Positions 9,671 to 18,782 of a DNA stretch of 64,000 bases are shown here, piece by piece; position 1 is the first letter of the stretch, and every line of letters begins with the position of its first letter. Made by a program: the position numbers and the translations under genes. Below the pieces are notes generated by a model. That model did not search any database. It saw only the letters and a program-made list of their open reading frames with translations, and was not told where the DNA came from. The DNA lies in contig JAZQDV010000013.1 in assembly GCA_045546975.1 (NCBI GenBank), positions 58,013-122,012 of the forward strand. Reading direction: 5' to 3'. The stretch comes from Eubacteriales bacterium (GTDB taxonomy: Bacteria; Bacillota; Clostridia; Oscillospirales; JAAYXM01).

Positions 9671-10342
9671 ATGAAAAAGATTTTGGCACTCACTCTCGCA
9701 GGAGTTATGCTTTTTGCGCTTATGTCCTGCACCGGTAACCCGAAGGTAGAAGACGACGAAATTGCAGACGATGTAATAGTAGACGATGCTCCAGCTACGG
9801 ATGTTCTCCCCGGGGGAGAAGAAGAATTAAGCGGAACTCCGGAAGCTGAGCAGGACGAAATTGTCAGCGACCCCCCGGCAGAAAAGCCTGCCCAGAAACC
9901 TGCTGAGAAACCGGCGGACAAGCCCGTCCAGACACCTGAGCAGAAGCCCGAGCAAACACCCGCTGACACAGTCGGCGCTTCCCTTCTTGCAACTTTCCGC
10001 GCAAACAAGGACAAGGATATCGCAGCTATTGCAGACGCTTGCCTTAAAAACGAAGTAATTCTCTTCAGCGGTGCCGCAGCTCCCGTTGAGCCCGGTTACC
10101 TTGCAGGCTTTGATGAGGAAATCAGCGGATTTGACAGCGCTGTTATGTTCGCACCGATGATTGGTACAATCCCGTTTGTTGGTTATGTGTTTGAGTCAAG
10201 TGATGCAAACGCACTTGCCGAAAACCTCAAAAAGACTGCAAACCTTCGCTGGAACATCTGCACGGAAGCTGAGCAGATGATATGCGAGGTTTCGGGAAAC
10301 AAGGTGTTCTTCCTCATGTGCCCGAAGTCATTGGCTGAGTAA
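9671..10342 (+). CDS. Lipoprotein with Pro/Glu/Lys-rich linker, unknown function
   Basis: ATG at 9671 follows AAGGAG. The lipobox is LFALMSC. A low-complexity repeat PAEKPAQKPAEKPADKPVQTPEQKPEQTP precedes a ~110-aa globular C-terminal domain. Confidence 0.7.
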   Translation: MKKILALTLAGVMLFALMSCTGNPKVEDDEIADDVIVDDAPATDVLPGGEEELSGTPEAEQDEIVSDPPAEKPAQKPAEKPADKPVQTPEQKPEQTPADTVGASLLATFRANKDKDIAAIADACLKNEVILFSGAAAPVEPGYLAGFDEEISGFDSAVMFAPMIGTIPFVGYVFESSDANALAENLKKTANLRWNICTEAEQMICEVSGNKVFFLMCPKSLAE

Positions 10343-10355
10343 TCTGATAAAAATC

Positions 10356-10384
10356 AAAGGGCGAGTTACTCGCCCTTTTTTCAA
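10356..10384 (+). terminator. Rho-independent terminator
   Basis: Stem agggcgag/ctcgccct is followed by a T-run. Confidence 0.7.
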
Positions 10385-10396
10385 GGAAGTGATATC

Positions 10397-11794
10397 TTGC
10401 TCTTTTCAGGTATACCGTTTTTATACTACTTTTTACCGTGTGTGCTTATTCTCTACGCGATAGCACCAAGGAAATTCAAAAACTTCGTTCTTTTTATATC
10501 GAGTCTCTTTTTCTATGCATGGGGAGAGCCAAAATACGTTTTCCTTATGCTCGGAACGATTATTTGCGGATATTTTCTCGCGCTCGCGATTGAAAAATGG
10601 CGCGGTCGCCCACTTTCAAAGTTCGCACTTATTTTAAGTGCGGTGCTGTTCCTCTCAGCTCTCGGTATTTTTAAGTACGCAGACTTTTTTATTAAAAACT
10701 TCAATGCGGTAACGGGACTTTCGGTACCGCTTCTTAAAATTGCTCTCCCTATCGGAATAAGCTTTTACACCTTCCAGATTTTGAGCTACACGATTGACGT
10801 TTACCGCGGCGACGTCGCGGCACGGCACAATTTTGTTGACCTTGCAGCATATATAACGATGTTCCCGCAGCTTATCGCGGGCCCGATTGTGCGCTACGCA
10901 GATATCGAAGGCTCACTCACCACGCGCGAGCATACATTCTCCAAAACCGCAGAGGGTGTTTCTCTCTTCGTCTGCGGTCTTGCAAAGAAGATTCTTATTG
11001 CAAACGTTCTCGGAGAAGTTTGTGATATCTTCCGCGCAAGCGGTGAGAAAACCGTTTTGTTCTTCTGGATTTTCGGTATCACCTATATGCTCCAGATCTA
11101 CTTTGATTTTTCGGGCTACTCCGATATGGCGCGAGGACTTGGAAAGTTCTTCGGCTTCGATTTTACTCTGAATTTCAACTATCCGTTCATTTCAAAGAGC
11201 ATAACCGAGTTCTGGAGACGTTGGCACATTTCCCTAGGCACATGGTTTCGCGATTACGTCTATATTCCGCTTGGCGGAAACCGCAAAGGCCCGCTACGCC
11301 ATGTTTTCAACATCTGTGTTGTGTGGTTTTTGACGGGGTTCTGGCACGGTGCGGAATGGAACTTCATCCTCTGGGGCGTCTATTTCGCTATTCTTCTCCT
11401 CTGTGAGAAGTTTATATGGGGTAAGGTGCTTGAGCGGCTTGGTGCGCTCCGTCACATTTATGTGCTTTTCCTTATCCTCATAAGCTTTATTATCTTTAAT
11501 TGCACTACACTCTCTGATATCGGCACGTACGTCGGCGGACTCTTCGGTCTCGGTGGAGAAGCGTTCGCAAACCATATGACGCTGTACTATCTGAGGAGCT
11601 ACCTTGTTGTGATTATTCTCGCAATTATCGGTGCAACACCGATTCCGAAAATGCTTTATAATAAGCTTTCCTCTTCAAAATTGGGAGGGGCGGTTTCGGT
11701 AATAAAGCCTGTGATTCTCGCAATTTTGCTTATTGTTATGACGGCGTATCTCGTGGACGGGTCGTTTAACCCGTTTCTGTATTTCAGGTTTTAG
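10397..11794 (+). CDS. MBOAT family O-acyltransferase (AlgI/DltB-like)
   Basis: 465 aa, polytopic, TTG start. It has the conserved MBOAT region FWRRWHISLGTWFRDYVYIPLGGNR and the histidine motif WFLTGFWHG. Confidence 0.85.
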   Translation: MLFSGIPFLYYFLPCVLILYAIAPRKFKNFVLFISSLFFYAWGEPKYVFLMLGTIICGYFLALAIEKWRGRPLSKFALILSAVLFLSALGIFKYADFFIKNFNAVTGLSVPLLKIALPIGISFYTFQILSYTIDVYRGDVAARHNFVDLAAYITMFPQLIAGPIVRYADIEGSLTTREHTFSKTAEGVSLFVCGLAKKILIANVLGEVCDIFRASGEKTVLFFWIFGITYMLQIYFDFSGYSDMARGLGKFFGFDFTLNFNYPFISKSITEFWRRWHISLGTWFRDYVYIPLGGNRKGPLRHVFNICVVWFLTGFWHGAEWNFILWGVYFAILLLCEKFIWGKVLERLGALRHIYVLFLILISFIIFNCTTLSDIGTYVGGLFGLGGEAFANHMTLYYLRSYLVVIILAIIGATPIPKMLYNKLSSSKLGGAVSVIKPVILAILLIVMTAYLVDGSFNPFLYFRF

Positions 11795-11806
11795 GAGGGC
11801 GGATGT

Positions 11807-12889
11807 ATGAAAGATAAACTTACCTGTGTCCTCTTTTTCGGGACAGTTTTTGTTCTCGCGGCACTGTCGATAATATTACCCCGCGCGGATTTTTCCGAGA
11901 GTGAAAGGCGCGTGCTTGCCTCATTCCCCGAGGTTTCGGCAGAAAGCATCTTCTCCGGAAAGTTTTCCGGTGATTTCGAGGAGTTCTCGACTGACACCTT
12001 CCCCTTCCGCGACACCTTCCGCGCCATAAAGGCGTTTTCAGTAAAAAACATCTTTATGCAGTCGGATAACAACAAGCTGATATCCGAAAATGGACACCTC
12101 TCAAAGCTTGACTATCCGCTGAATGAGGATATGCTCGAAAATGCAGCGTCGAAATTTTCGTATATTTACGATACCTTTCTCAAAGGGAGCGGAACTAATA
12201 TAAAGCTCTCGATTATCCCTGATAAGAACTTTTATCTCGATACCTTAAAGTACGATTATTCCGCGCTTTTCTCCTATATGAGAGAGAATATGCCGTATGC
12301 GGAATACGTCGACATTACAGATAAGCTCGCGCTTTCGGACTACTATTTTACCGACTCACACTGGAAGCAGGAGGAAATAGTTGATGTTGCAGACACTCTT
12401 CTCGCATCTTTCGGTAAAGATGCTGTCGGAAAGGTGGAAAAGAACACGCTCGACACACCCTTTTACGGCGTGTGGTGCGGTCAGGCGGCTGACTTTTCAA
12501 AGAGCGACACGCTTACCTATCTCACAAACGACGTTATAGACTCGCTTATCGTCACAAGCTTTGACACGGGCAAGCCAGAGAGAGTCCCTGTGTATGATAT
12601 GGAAAAAGCAAAGGGTCGCGACGGGTATGAGATGTTCCTTTCGGGAAACAGCCCGGTTACAACTATTGAGAACCCAAATATGCGCGGAGACGGACATCTT
12701 GTGGTTTTCCGCGACTCCTTCGGCGGCGCTATTGCTCCTCTTCTTGCAAGTGGATATGAAAAAGTCACACTTGTTGATATCCGATATATCCCAAGCGCCG
12801 CTATCGGAAGCTTTGTCGATTTTGAGGGCGCAGACGTTCTCTTCCTCTATAGCTCTGGAATGCTTAACGCAAGCACGGGACTGAGGTAG
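11807..12889 (+). CDS. DHHW/AlgX-AlgJ-like (SGNH-type) protein partnering the MBOAT
   Basis: 360 aa with an N-terminal membrane anchor and the motif YFTDSHWKQE (DHHW-family signature region). It follows the MBOAT gene closely. Confidence 0.7.
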   Translation: MKDKLTCVLFFGTVFVLAALSIILPRADFSESERRVLASFPEVSAESIFSGKFSGDFEEFSTDTFPFRDTFRAIKAFSVKNIFMQSDNNKLISENGHLSKLDYPLNEDMLENAASKFSYIYDTFLKGSGTNIKLSIIPDKNFYLDTLKYDYSALFSYMRENMPYAEYVDITDKLALSDYYFTDSHWKQEEIVDVADTLLASFGKDAVGKVEKNTLDTPFYGVWCGQAADFSKSDTLTYLTNDVIDSLIVTSFDTGKPERVPVYDMEKAKGRDGYEMFLSGNSPVTTIENPNMRGDGHLVVFRDSFGGAIAPLLASGYEKVTLVDIRYIPSAAIGSFVDFEGADVLFLYSSGMLNASTGLR

Positions 12890-12906
12890 AGAAAATACGG
12901 TATAAA

Positions 12907-12943
12907 GAAAAGACATTATTCATTTCTGAATAATGTCTTTTTA
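12907..12943. terminator. Bidirectional terminator
   Basis: 14-bp stem aaagacattattca/tgaataatgtcttt lies between convergent genes. Confidence 0.75.
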
Positions 12944-13294
12944 GTTGTTTTTCTTGGCTGTGTTAAGTGACGAAATGAGGAGTTTTTTCAGTTCAAGACA
13001 ATCTTTAAGTAAAGGCTCAACTTGCTCAAACGTCAACAATTCAGATTTTAATAACAATCTTAACCAATACTCAGTTTCAGCAGTTTCCTTCAAAGAAATA
13101 TGCATTTTTGATATAAAATCCGCTTTGCTTTGTCCGTAGTTTGCTTCGTTTATATTTGCACCAATACTTGTGCCGCTTCGGACTATCTGTTTTGATATAA
13201 TACTTTCTTTTTTATCTTTAATAAGATATCTTTGCAACTTAATTATTCTTGCGGCAAACTCTATTGATTTGTCTATCAGAACATTTTCTTTCAT
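12941..13294 (-). CDS. Four-helix-bundle protein (23S rRNA intervening-sequence protein family)
   Basis: SIEFAARIIKL...IISKQIVRSGTSIGANINEA...ISLKETAETEYWLRLL matches this family. The ATG at 13294 is preferred over the TTG at 13306. The gene is visibly AT-rich compared with its neighbours. Confidence 0.75.
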   Translation of the reverse strand: MKENVLIDKSIEFAARIIKLQRYLIKDKKESIISKQIVRSGTSIGANINEANYGQSKADFISKMHISLKETAETEYWLRLLLKSELLTFEQVEPLLKDCLELKKLLISSLNTAKKNN

Positions 13295-13481
13295 AACTAT
13301 CACCAATTACATTATTTCATGTCATAAGATTTAATTATTCATTATTCATCAGCGAAGCGATTTCATCATTCATTATTCATTAAAAATCCTGTCGGTGTAA
13401 TGAATAGTGAATATTTAATAATGAAAAAATGAATATTACAAAGCAAAAATCCCATCGACTAACGTCGACAGGATTTTACTT

Positions 13482-13501
13482 TGGTGCGAGTGATGGGACT
13501 T
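13482..13501 (-). repeat. 20-nt duplicate of the 3' end of tRNA-Leu
   Basis: tggtgcgagtgatgggactt is identical to 13627-13646 (3' acceptor plus T arm of the tRNA on the minus strand). Confidence 0.85.
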
Positions 13502-13589
13502 CTTTTCTGCGGAAAAGCCACGGCGGTTGCGGCGTGCCACCGGCACCCCGCCAAGAGCCGCCTTTCAAGTCCCTCCTCATTCATATACC

Positions 13590-13626
13590 AAAAAAAGAAC
13601 ACCGACTTTCGTCGGTGCTCTTTTTT
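13590..13626 (-). terminator. Terminator downstream of tRNA-Leu
   Basis: Stem agaacaccgac/gtcggtgctct is flanked by A- and T-runs, immediately 3' of the tRNA on the minus strand. Confidence 0.7.
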
Positions 13627-13710
13627 TGGTGCGAGTGATGGGACTTGAACCCATACGTCATGGACACACGCCCCTCAAACGTGCCTGTCTGCCTATTCCA
13701 GCACACTCGC
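13627..13710 (-). tRNA. tRNA-Leu (anticodon GAG), long variable arm
   Basis: Folded by hand from the reverse complement. Acceptor gcgagtg/cactcgc, D stem ctg/cag, anticodon stem cacgt/gcgtg with loop ttGAGgg, 12-nt variable arm, T arm atggg-ttcaagt-cccat. CCA is encoded. Confidence 0.85.
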
Positions 13711-13802
13711 ATATTCGCTCCCCACTCTTGCGGGCAACGATAATATTATAGTCATTTTTACTCTGCTTGTCAAGTACTAATTTCTAAAAAATCAGAATTT
13801 CT

Positions 13803-14624
13803 TTATATCTTCTCGATTTTGTCGCAGAGGTTTTTAAGATAGTCGTTATTATATGCTTCAAGCTCGCCCTTATCACACGCAGCGGCAAGGCTCGGGTTCA
13901 TCGGGATTTCCGAAACTGTATCGATTCCGTGAACTGCTGCACGCTCAGCTGTCTTGCCCTTGCCGAAGATGTAATGGCGCTCGCCGCACTTATCACACTC
14001 GAAATATGCCATATTCTCAACAATACCGAGAACGGGGATATTGAGCATACCTGCCATTTTTACAGCCTTGTCTACTATCATAGAAACAAGCTCCTGCGGG
14101 CTTGCAACAACAACGATACCGTCAACTGGAAGTGACTGGAAAACGGTGAGCGGAACATCGCCCGTTCCCGGAGGCATATCGACGAACATATAGTCAACAT
14201 CACTCCATATAAAGTCAGTCCAGAACTGCTTTACCGCGCCTGCGATGACGGGACCGCGCCATACAACAGGGTCAGTTTCGTTTTCAAGGAGAAGATTTAT
14301 TGATACTATCTGAACGCCGGTCTTGCTCTTTACAGGGAACATGCCGTTCTCATCGCCCTCAATGGGACCTTTGACGCCAAAGACCTTCGGGATGGACGGG
14401 CCTGTTATATCGGCATCAAGTATCGCCGCGCTCTTTCCTCTCTTCTGCATTGAGGATGCAAGAAGTGAGGTTACAAGGCTCTTACCGACACCGCCTTTAC
14501 CGCTGACGACGCCGATTACTTTCTTTATTTTTGAGAGCTTGTGCGGTGCCTCAAGTAAGCTCTCGGGCTTTCTGCTTGCACAGTTCTGTGAGCAGGAGGA
14601 ACAATCGTGGGTACATTCGCTCAT
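13803..14624 (-). CDS. Mrp/NBP35 family ATP-binding Fe-S cluster carrier protein
   Basis: 273 aa with an N-terminal Cys-rich CTHDCSSCSQNC, the deviant Walker A VSGKGGVGKS, and a CxxC (CDKC) motif. Confidence 0.8.
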   Translation of the reverse strand: MSECTHDCSSCSQNCASRKPESLLEAPHKLSKIKKVIGVVSGKGGVGKSLVTSLLASSMQKRGKSAAILDADITGPSIPKVFGVKGPIEGDENGMFPVKSKTGVQIVSINLLLENETDPVVWRGPVIAGAVKQFWTDFIWSDVDYMFVDMPPGTGDVPLTVFQSLPVDGIVVVASPQELVSMIVDKAVKMAGMLNIPVLGIVENMAYFECDKCGERHYIFGKGKTAERAAVHGIDTVSEIPMNPSLAAACDKGELEAYNNDYLKNLCDKIEKI

Positions 14625-14658
14625 TGAAATTTGCCTTCTTTCTGATTTATGCTTCTTT

Positions 14659-14973
14659 TTAGTCTAAATGGAATACGGGTTTAAGGTCAATGCTCACGGG
14701 GCTGTTGTCGGGATTAGTTTCCATAATGTCCGCCATAAAGTCCCACCACTTGCGGCAGATAGCAGTATCTGCGCTCTTTGCCCAGAGCTCTTCACTCTCT
14801 ACCTCAAGGTAGCCGTAGAGAACGTTTGTATCAGTATCAAGGTAGATAGAGTAGTTGCTTCCGCCGTACTCGTGAATCATATCTCGCATTTCGGGCCAAA
14901 GCTCGTTATGGCGCTTTTCATATTCTGCGGCTTTTCCTTCGTATAGCTTCATCTTAAAACCTTTTCTTATCAT
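14659..14973 (-). CDS. rhaM: L-rhamnose mutarotase
   Basis: 104 aa. YEKRHNELWPEM...YSIYLD...RKWWDFMADIM is characteristic of RhaM. Confidence 0.8.
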   Translation of the reverse strand: MIRKGFKMKLYEGKAAEYEKRHNELWPEMRDMIHEYGGSNYSIYLDTDTNVLYGYLEVESEELWAKSADTAICRKWWDFMADIMETNPDNSPVSIDLKPVFHLD

Positions 14974-15112
14974 GAGAAAAACCTCCCTTTGATATTCATG
15001 GGTTTATTATAGCACAAAGTGGCAGAAAATGCAAAAAGGCTGTTTTTCTTTTTTGGAGTTTTCGGTAAAATTCAATTTTTACAGAAACGCTTTGGACTGA
15101 GCGCGTTTTTTG

Positions 15113-15290
15113 TTCCCTGCCGGGGGCCTACTTTGTGAGACAAAGTAGCAAAACGCGGGGGATTCCGATTTCCCCCGGACCCCCGCACGTTCTACCTTTT
15201 TACTTTTCACTGTTGCAAGCCTCCTCTCATCTTTTACACCTCATCCGTCAGGCAAAGCCTGACACCTTCTCCTCAAAGGAGAAGGCTTGG
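15113..15290 (+). repeat. Interspersed structured intergenic repeat, copy A (module 1 partial, then module 2)
   Basis: 15113-15176 matches 50654-50717 nearly exactly and is the reverse complement of about 28352-28415. 15239-15288 matches 28482-28529. Confidence 0.85.
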
Positions 15291-15294
15291 GGAA

Positions 15295-15328
15295 TAAAAA
15301 AACCCCCGGGCGTTTGCCCGGGGGAAAA
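15295..15328 (-). terminator. Terminator of the downstream SLH-protein gene
   Basis: Stem cccccggg/cccggggg has a T-run on the minus strand. Confidence 0.7.
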
Positions 15329-15366
15329 TAGTGAACTATTTATTTTCTAATCTTGCTTACTAAATA

Positions 15367-18300
15367 TTAGTCAGCGAAAGAGTAGATTGCACGAACCTTG
15401 CCTTCGTATGTCTCGATGATAGCGTTGCAGCCATCAGCGTTCGGTGCAACATTGATGCTATCCTGCTGAGCAGAGATAGTTGTAAGTGTGTCGCCATTGT
15501 ACTCGCCCTCGAGGATAGAGATTACCTTGTAACCATCTTCGTGGAGGTCGATTGTTGCCGGAGCTGTATTCTCAACGTTTGCTACGTCAGCATTGCCGTA
15601 GTAGTAGAGAACATCGCCACGTACACGTACAACGTTTACATAGAAGAACTTGGAGTTCTTATCCATTGACGGAGATACAGTTGGAGCACCGTCAACAGCG
15701 AGCATATCCATCATAGCGATCTCGCCTTCAGCGTTGAGGTCATATGTTACGAACTTGCCGTTCCATAACGGATTCCAGTGATCTGCGTTGCCAGAACCAT
15801 CGAAGTGATCCGGCTTACCGTCGAGCTTCTGTGTTTCCTTCTCTGTGAGGAGCGGAGCAGAAGCATAAGTTGTAACGTCTACAACAGTCTTGTACTCGTG
15901 GAGGCCTTCGCTGTCGATAACCTTGAGGTTAGCGTAGCTTGTGCCAGCAACGAAGTCGTAAACCTGGTTTGCTTCAACAATGTAGCCCCAATCCTTGCCC
16001 TTTGTGAAGGAAGCAGCACCTGTAGCAACCTTGTCACCGATCATAGCTGATGCAGCAACGATGTACTGGTTAGCGCTGTTCAAGGAGTTAACAACATAGT
16101 AACCGAAGTTGCCGGCCAATGACGGGTTGTAAACTGCGCTCGGTGTAACCGGAGCAACGAGGCCATGAACCTTAGAAGTTGTGAGGCTCTTGAGCTCAGA
16201 GAGCTTGTAAGCCTTTGACTTTACGCCAACTGTGTCCGGGTCGTTGTAGTCAACATTGCCGTCTGCACCGTAGATAAGGTCACCGTAAAGTGCGAAGACA
16301 ACTGTCTCGTCGTTGAGACCGCGCTTGTCGTCGAACTTCTTGTCAGCGATTGTTACGTCAGCAACAACCTTAAGAGTTGTCTTGGTAGAGTCTGTCTCGT
16401 TGAAGTACTGACCTGAGAGGTCAACTGTACCGTTGTCGAGGATCTTGTATGCAACTACCATACCGAACATTGCGTTCTTAGCAAAGTCAGCCGGGCGGTC
16501 GTTTGCATCATCATTCGGCTCAGCCGGGTTAGTCTGGAAGAACTTACCTACAGCGTATGTGCCTTCTGTGTTGTCTGCAAAGCCGAGGCGGACATATGCA
16601 GTACCTCTGTCAACATAGCTTTCGAGAACTACAGCGTAGTCGTCTGCAACTGCTGCTGCTTCATCGTAGTCGATGTCGAGGATGAGGTTGCCGTATGTGT
16701 AGTACTTTGTGTTTGCGCCCATTGCTGCGCGGTATGTGTTATAGAATGTTGAGAACTTTGTGTTGCCGTCGAAGTTGTAGCCGTTCCATGCCCAGTACTT
16801 GTTGCCGCCGATTGTTGCGGAAGCATCGTCACCAAGAGCATCGAGAGCGCCTGTAACAACGTCAACCTTGCTGATGTTGTACTTGCCGTTTGCCTTGTAA
16901 ACAACTACATAATCATCAATTGCGATCTCGTCGTTGAGAACAACGTCCTCGAGATCCATAGCTGTCAAGTTTGTAACCTTGATTGTGCCGCGTGCTTCGC
17001 TGTAAGCTGTAACAGCGCCATACTTAAGAGTATCTGCGTTGTTGAGCTTGAAGAAGTAGCTGTATGTTTCGCCACCGTCAACAGAAACGAAGCGGTAGTT
17101 AGAAGCATCAACCTTGCCAGCAGCGTTTACGCCGAGGCCGTCTACGAATGTGCTGTCTCCGCAGAGAACGAAGCTGCCGTCAGCCATAGAAGATGATGCG
17201 TCGTTGATGTAAGCTCTCTTGTTGATCTCATCGATAACGTCGCCGTTGTCCTGAGCGTCATTTTCCTTAGCTTCACGAGCAACAGTCTTTCTGTCGAGCT
17301 CGATCTTTACTTCGCCATCATCTGTTGTGATGCCGATGTACGGCTGAATCTTTGTTGTTGAAGAAGACTCGCCGTTCGGATATACATCAACGTTGAGAGC
17401 CGGAACTTCGTAGATAACTGTGTCAGCATTTACGATAACGTCACCGATAACTTCGATGTTCTTGTAGTCGATACGGCCGCTTGTTGAAGATTCCTTCTTG
17501 TCAGCCTTGAAGAATACGTTAACCTTTGCACCGAGGAGCTCGTCCGGAAGTGCGCGGTCGATTGTCATTGTAGATGTGTACTCATCGCCGTCGCTGTCGA
17601 TAGCTGTGTAGAGAATCATTGACTCTTCGCTATCAACGCCTGTTGCAGCGATTGCAGCACCGTTGTACTCAACTTCTGTCAACGGGTCAGAAAGGTTGCC
17701 CTTTGTTACAAGAGTCATACCCTCTTCGTCTGTAGCGAGTTCGTAGAGCTCGTTAGCAACTACGATACCTGTAACAGTCTTGAGGCCCATTGTCTTCTCG
17801 CCGAGAGTGTCGTTCCAGTTCTGGCCGAGAGCGTCCTTCTGGGAGCCTATGCCAGTGATGGAGCTGTATGTGTATACAGAAGAGAGAATTGTGTTAGCCA
17901 TAAGCTTTGCAACGAGCTCACGTGTTGCGAGAGCTGCAGGATCGCCCTTCCAGCCGTCGTATACGCCAAGCTCCATAGCCTTAGCTACTACGTTTGACAT
18001 CCAGTTTGCGCCTGTGAAGCCTTCCTTAGCCGGATCGCAGCCGAGGATGACGAGGAGCATCTTGGAAGCTTCAGCAACAGTGATGTTGCCGCTCGGGTTG
18101 AACTTGCCGCCGCCAACACCAGAAACGATCTTCTGGTTTGCGCAGTAGTTGATGTAACCCTTAGCCCATGCAACGCTTGCATTGCCTTCTACGTCCCAGA
18201 AGTTGCTCTTCTGAGCTGCGAAGAGGTTGCCATCTGTGTCAGAGCCGTAGATGATGGTGTAAGCCATCTTAGCGAACTCAGCACGTGTGATGTTCTTTGC

Positions 18301-18483
18301 CGGTCCGAAAGAACCGTCCGGGTAACCAGCGATAACACCGAGCTCTACGAGCATGTTAACATCGTCTGCATAATCAGCATTGATGCTTGCTGCGTCGGTG
18401 AAATCAACTGCTGCACCTGCTGTGAATGTAAATGCCATAGCAAATACGAGAGCAAGTGCGAGAATCTTCTTAAGATTTCTCAT
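15367..18483 (-). CDS. SLH-domain cell-surface (S-layer type) protein, paralogue 1
   Basis: 1038 aa. Signal peptide MRNLKKILALALVFAMAFTFTAGA is followed by three SLH-like repeats (FTDA...YPDGSFGP...ITRAEFAKM; FWDV...GGKFNP...ITVAEASKM; ...ATRELVAKLM) and a large beta-rich domain. Confidence 0.8.
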   Translation of the reverse strand: MRNLKKILALALVFAMAFTFTAGAAVDFTDAASINADYADDVNMLVELGVIAGYPDGSFGPAKNITRAEFAKMAYTIIYGSDTDGNLFAAQKSNFWDVEGNASVAWAKGYINYCANQKIVSGVGGGKFNPSGNITVAEASKMLLVILGCDPAKEGFTGANWMSNVVAKAMELGVYDGWKGDPAALATRELVAKLMANTILSSVYTYSSITGIGSQKDALGQNWNDTLGEKTMGLKTVTGIVVANELYELATDEEGMTLVTKGNLSDPLTEVEYNGAAIAATGVDSEESMILYTAIDSDGDEYTSTMTIDRALPDELLGAKVNVFFKADKKESSTSGRIDYKNIEVIGDVIVNADTVIYEVPALNVDVYPNGESSSTTKIQPYIGITTDDGEVKIELDRKTVAREAKENDAQDNGDVIDEINKRAYINDASSSMADGSFVLCGDSTFVDGLGVNAAGKVDASNYRFVSVDGGETYSYFFKLNNADTLKYGAVTAYSEARGTIKVTNLTAMDLEDVVLNDEIAIDDYVVVYKANGKYNISKVDVVTGALDALGDDASATIGGNKYWAWNGYNFDGNTKFSTFYNTYRAAMGANTKYYTYGNLILDIDYDEAAAVADDYAVVLESYVDRGTAYVRLGFADNTEGTYAVGKFFQTNPAEPNDDANDRPADFAKNAMFGMVVAYKILDNGTVDLSGQYFNETDSTKTTLKVVADVTIADKKFDDKRGLNDETVVFALYGDLIYGADGNVDYNDPDTVGVKSKAYKLSELKSLTTSKVHGLVAPVTPSAVYNPSLAGNFGYYVVNSLNSANQYIVAASAMIGDKVATGAASFTKGKDWGYIVEANQVYDFVAGTSYANLKVIDSEGLHEYKTVVDVTTYASAPLLTEKETQKLDGKPDHFDGSGNADHWNPLWNGKFVTYDLNAEGEIAMMDMLAVDGAPTVSPSMDKNSKFFYVNVVRVRGDVLYYYGNADVANVENTAPATIDLHEDGYKVISILEGEYNGDTLTTISAQQDSINVAPNADGCNAIIETYEGKVRAIYSFAD

Positions 18484-18782
18484 GTTTTGTTCCTCCTAAT
18501 TATTTTTTGGCTTTTCGCCTTTTTACAGTCACAATAATAAACCTTTAGGAAAATATAGTCAAGGGATATTTGGCAACTGTAATATAGCTGTAACAAACGA
18601 GACATTTTGTTGCAAAAGTAAGTGGCAAAAGGCTTGTTTTTGCCGCTTTGTTACAGCGCCGGAGAGATGTTATATACATATATATTATATGAAAAGCAAC
18701 CGGGCGGATGCACTTATCACTCTTCGCGAGGGCAGGTATATGAAAACCTCTCCGCAAATGTTACGGAGAGGTTTTGGTGTTT

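Noticed and set aside
13307-13440. Short repeated cattattcat-type motifs that might be taken for a CRISPR-like or tandem array.
   Set aside because: There are only three or four copies of a 13-mer with irregular spacing and mixed orientation, no spacer-repeat periodicity and no cas genes. They are more likely operator or promoter iterons, and are noted under the tRNA-Leu finding.
13510-13585. Possible fourth, diverged copy of repeat module 1 (ggcggttgc..gccaccgg..tttcaagtcc resembles ggcggtagccaccagtcgtttcaagggg).
   Set aside because: The similarity is patchy and needs large gaps. It is not convincing without a computed alignment.
13429-13751. ORFs of 69 and 74 aa overlapping tRNA-Leu and its duplicated 3' end.
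   Set aside because: They overlap a cleanly folding tRNA and terminator hairpins, and have no RBS.
15135-15350. Short ORFs across the interspersed repeat copies (also 28347-28622 and 50361-50966).
   Set aside because: They coincide with a repeat that occurs in both orientations and is full of hairpins. Reading frames are not conserved between the copies.
18484-18782. Possible invertible promoter or phase-variation switch between the two S-layer paralogues.
   Set aside because: I found no convincing long inverted repeats flanking the intergenic region, and no recombinase nearby. There are only similar AT-rich promoter-like sequences upstream of both genes.
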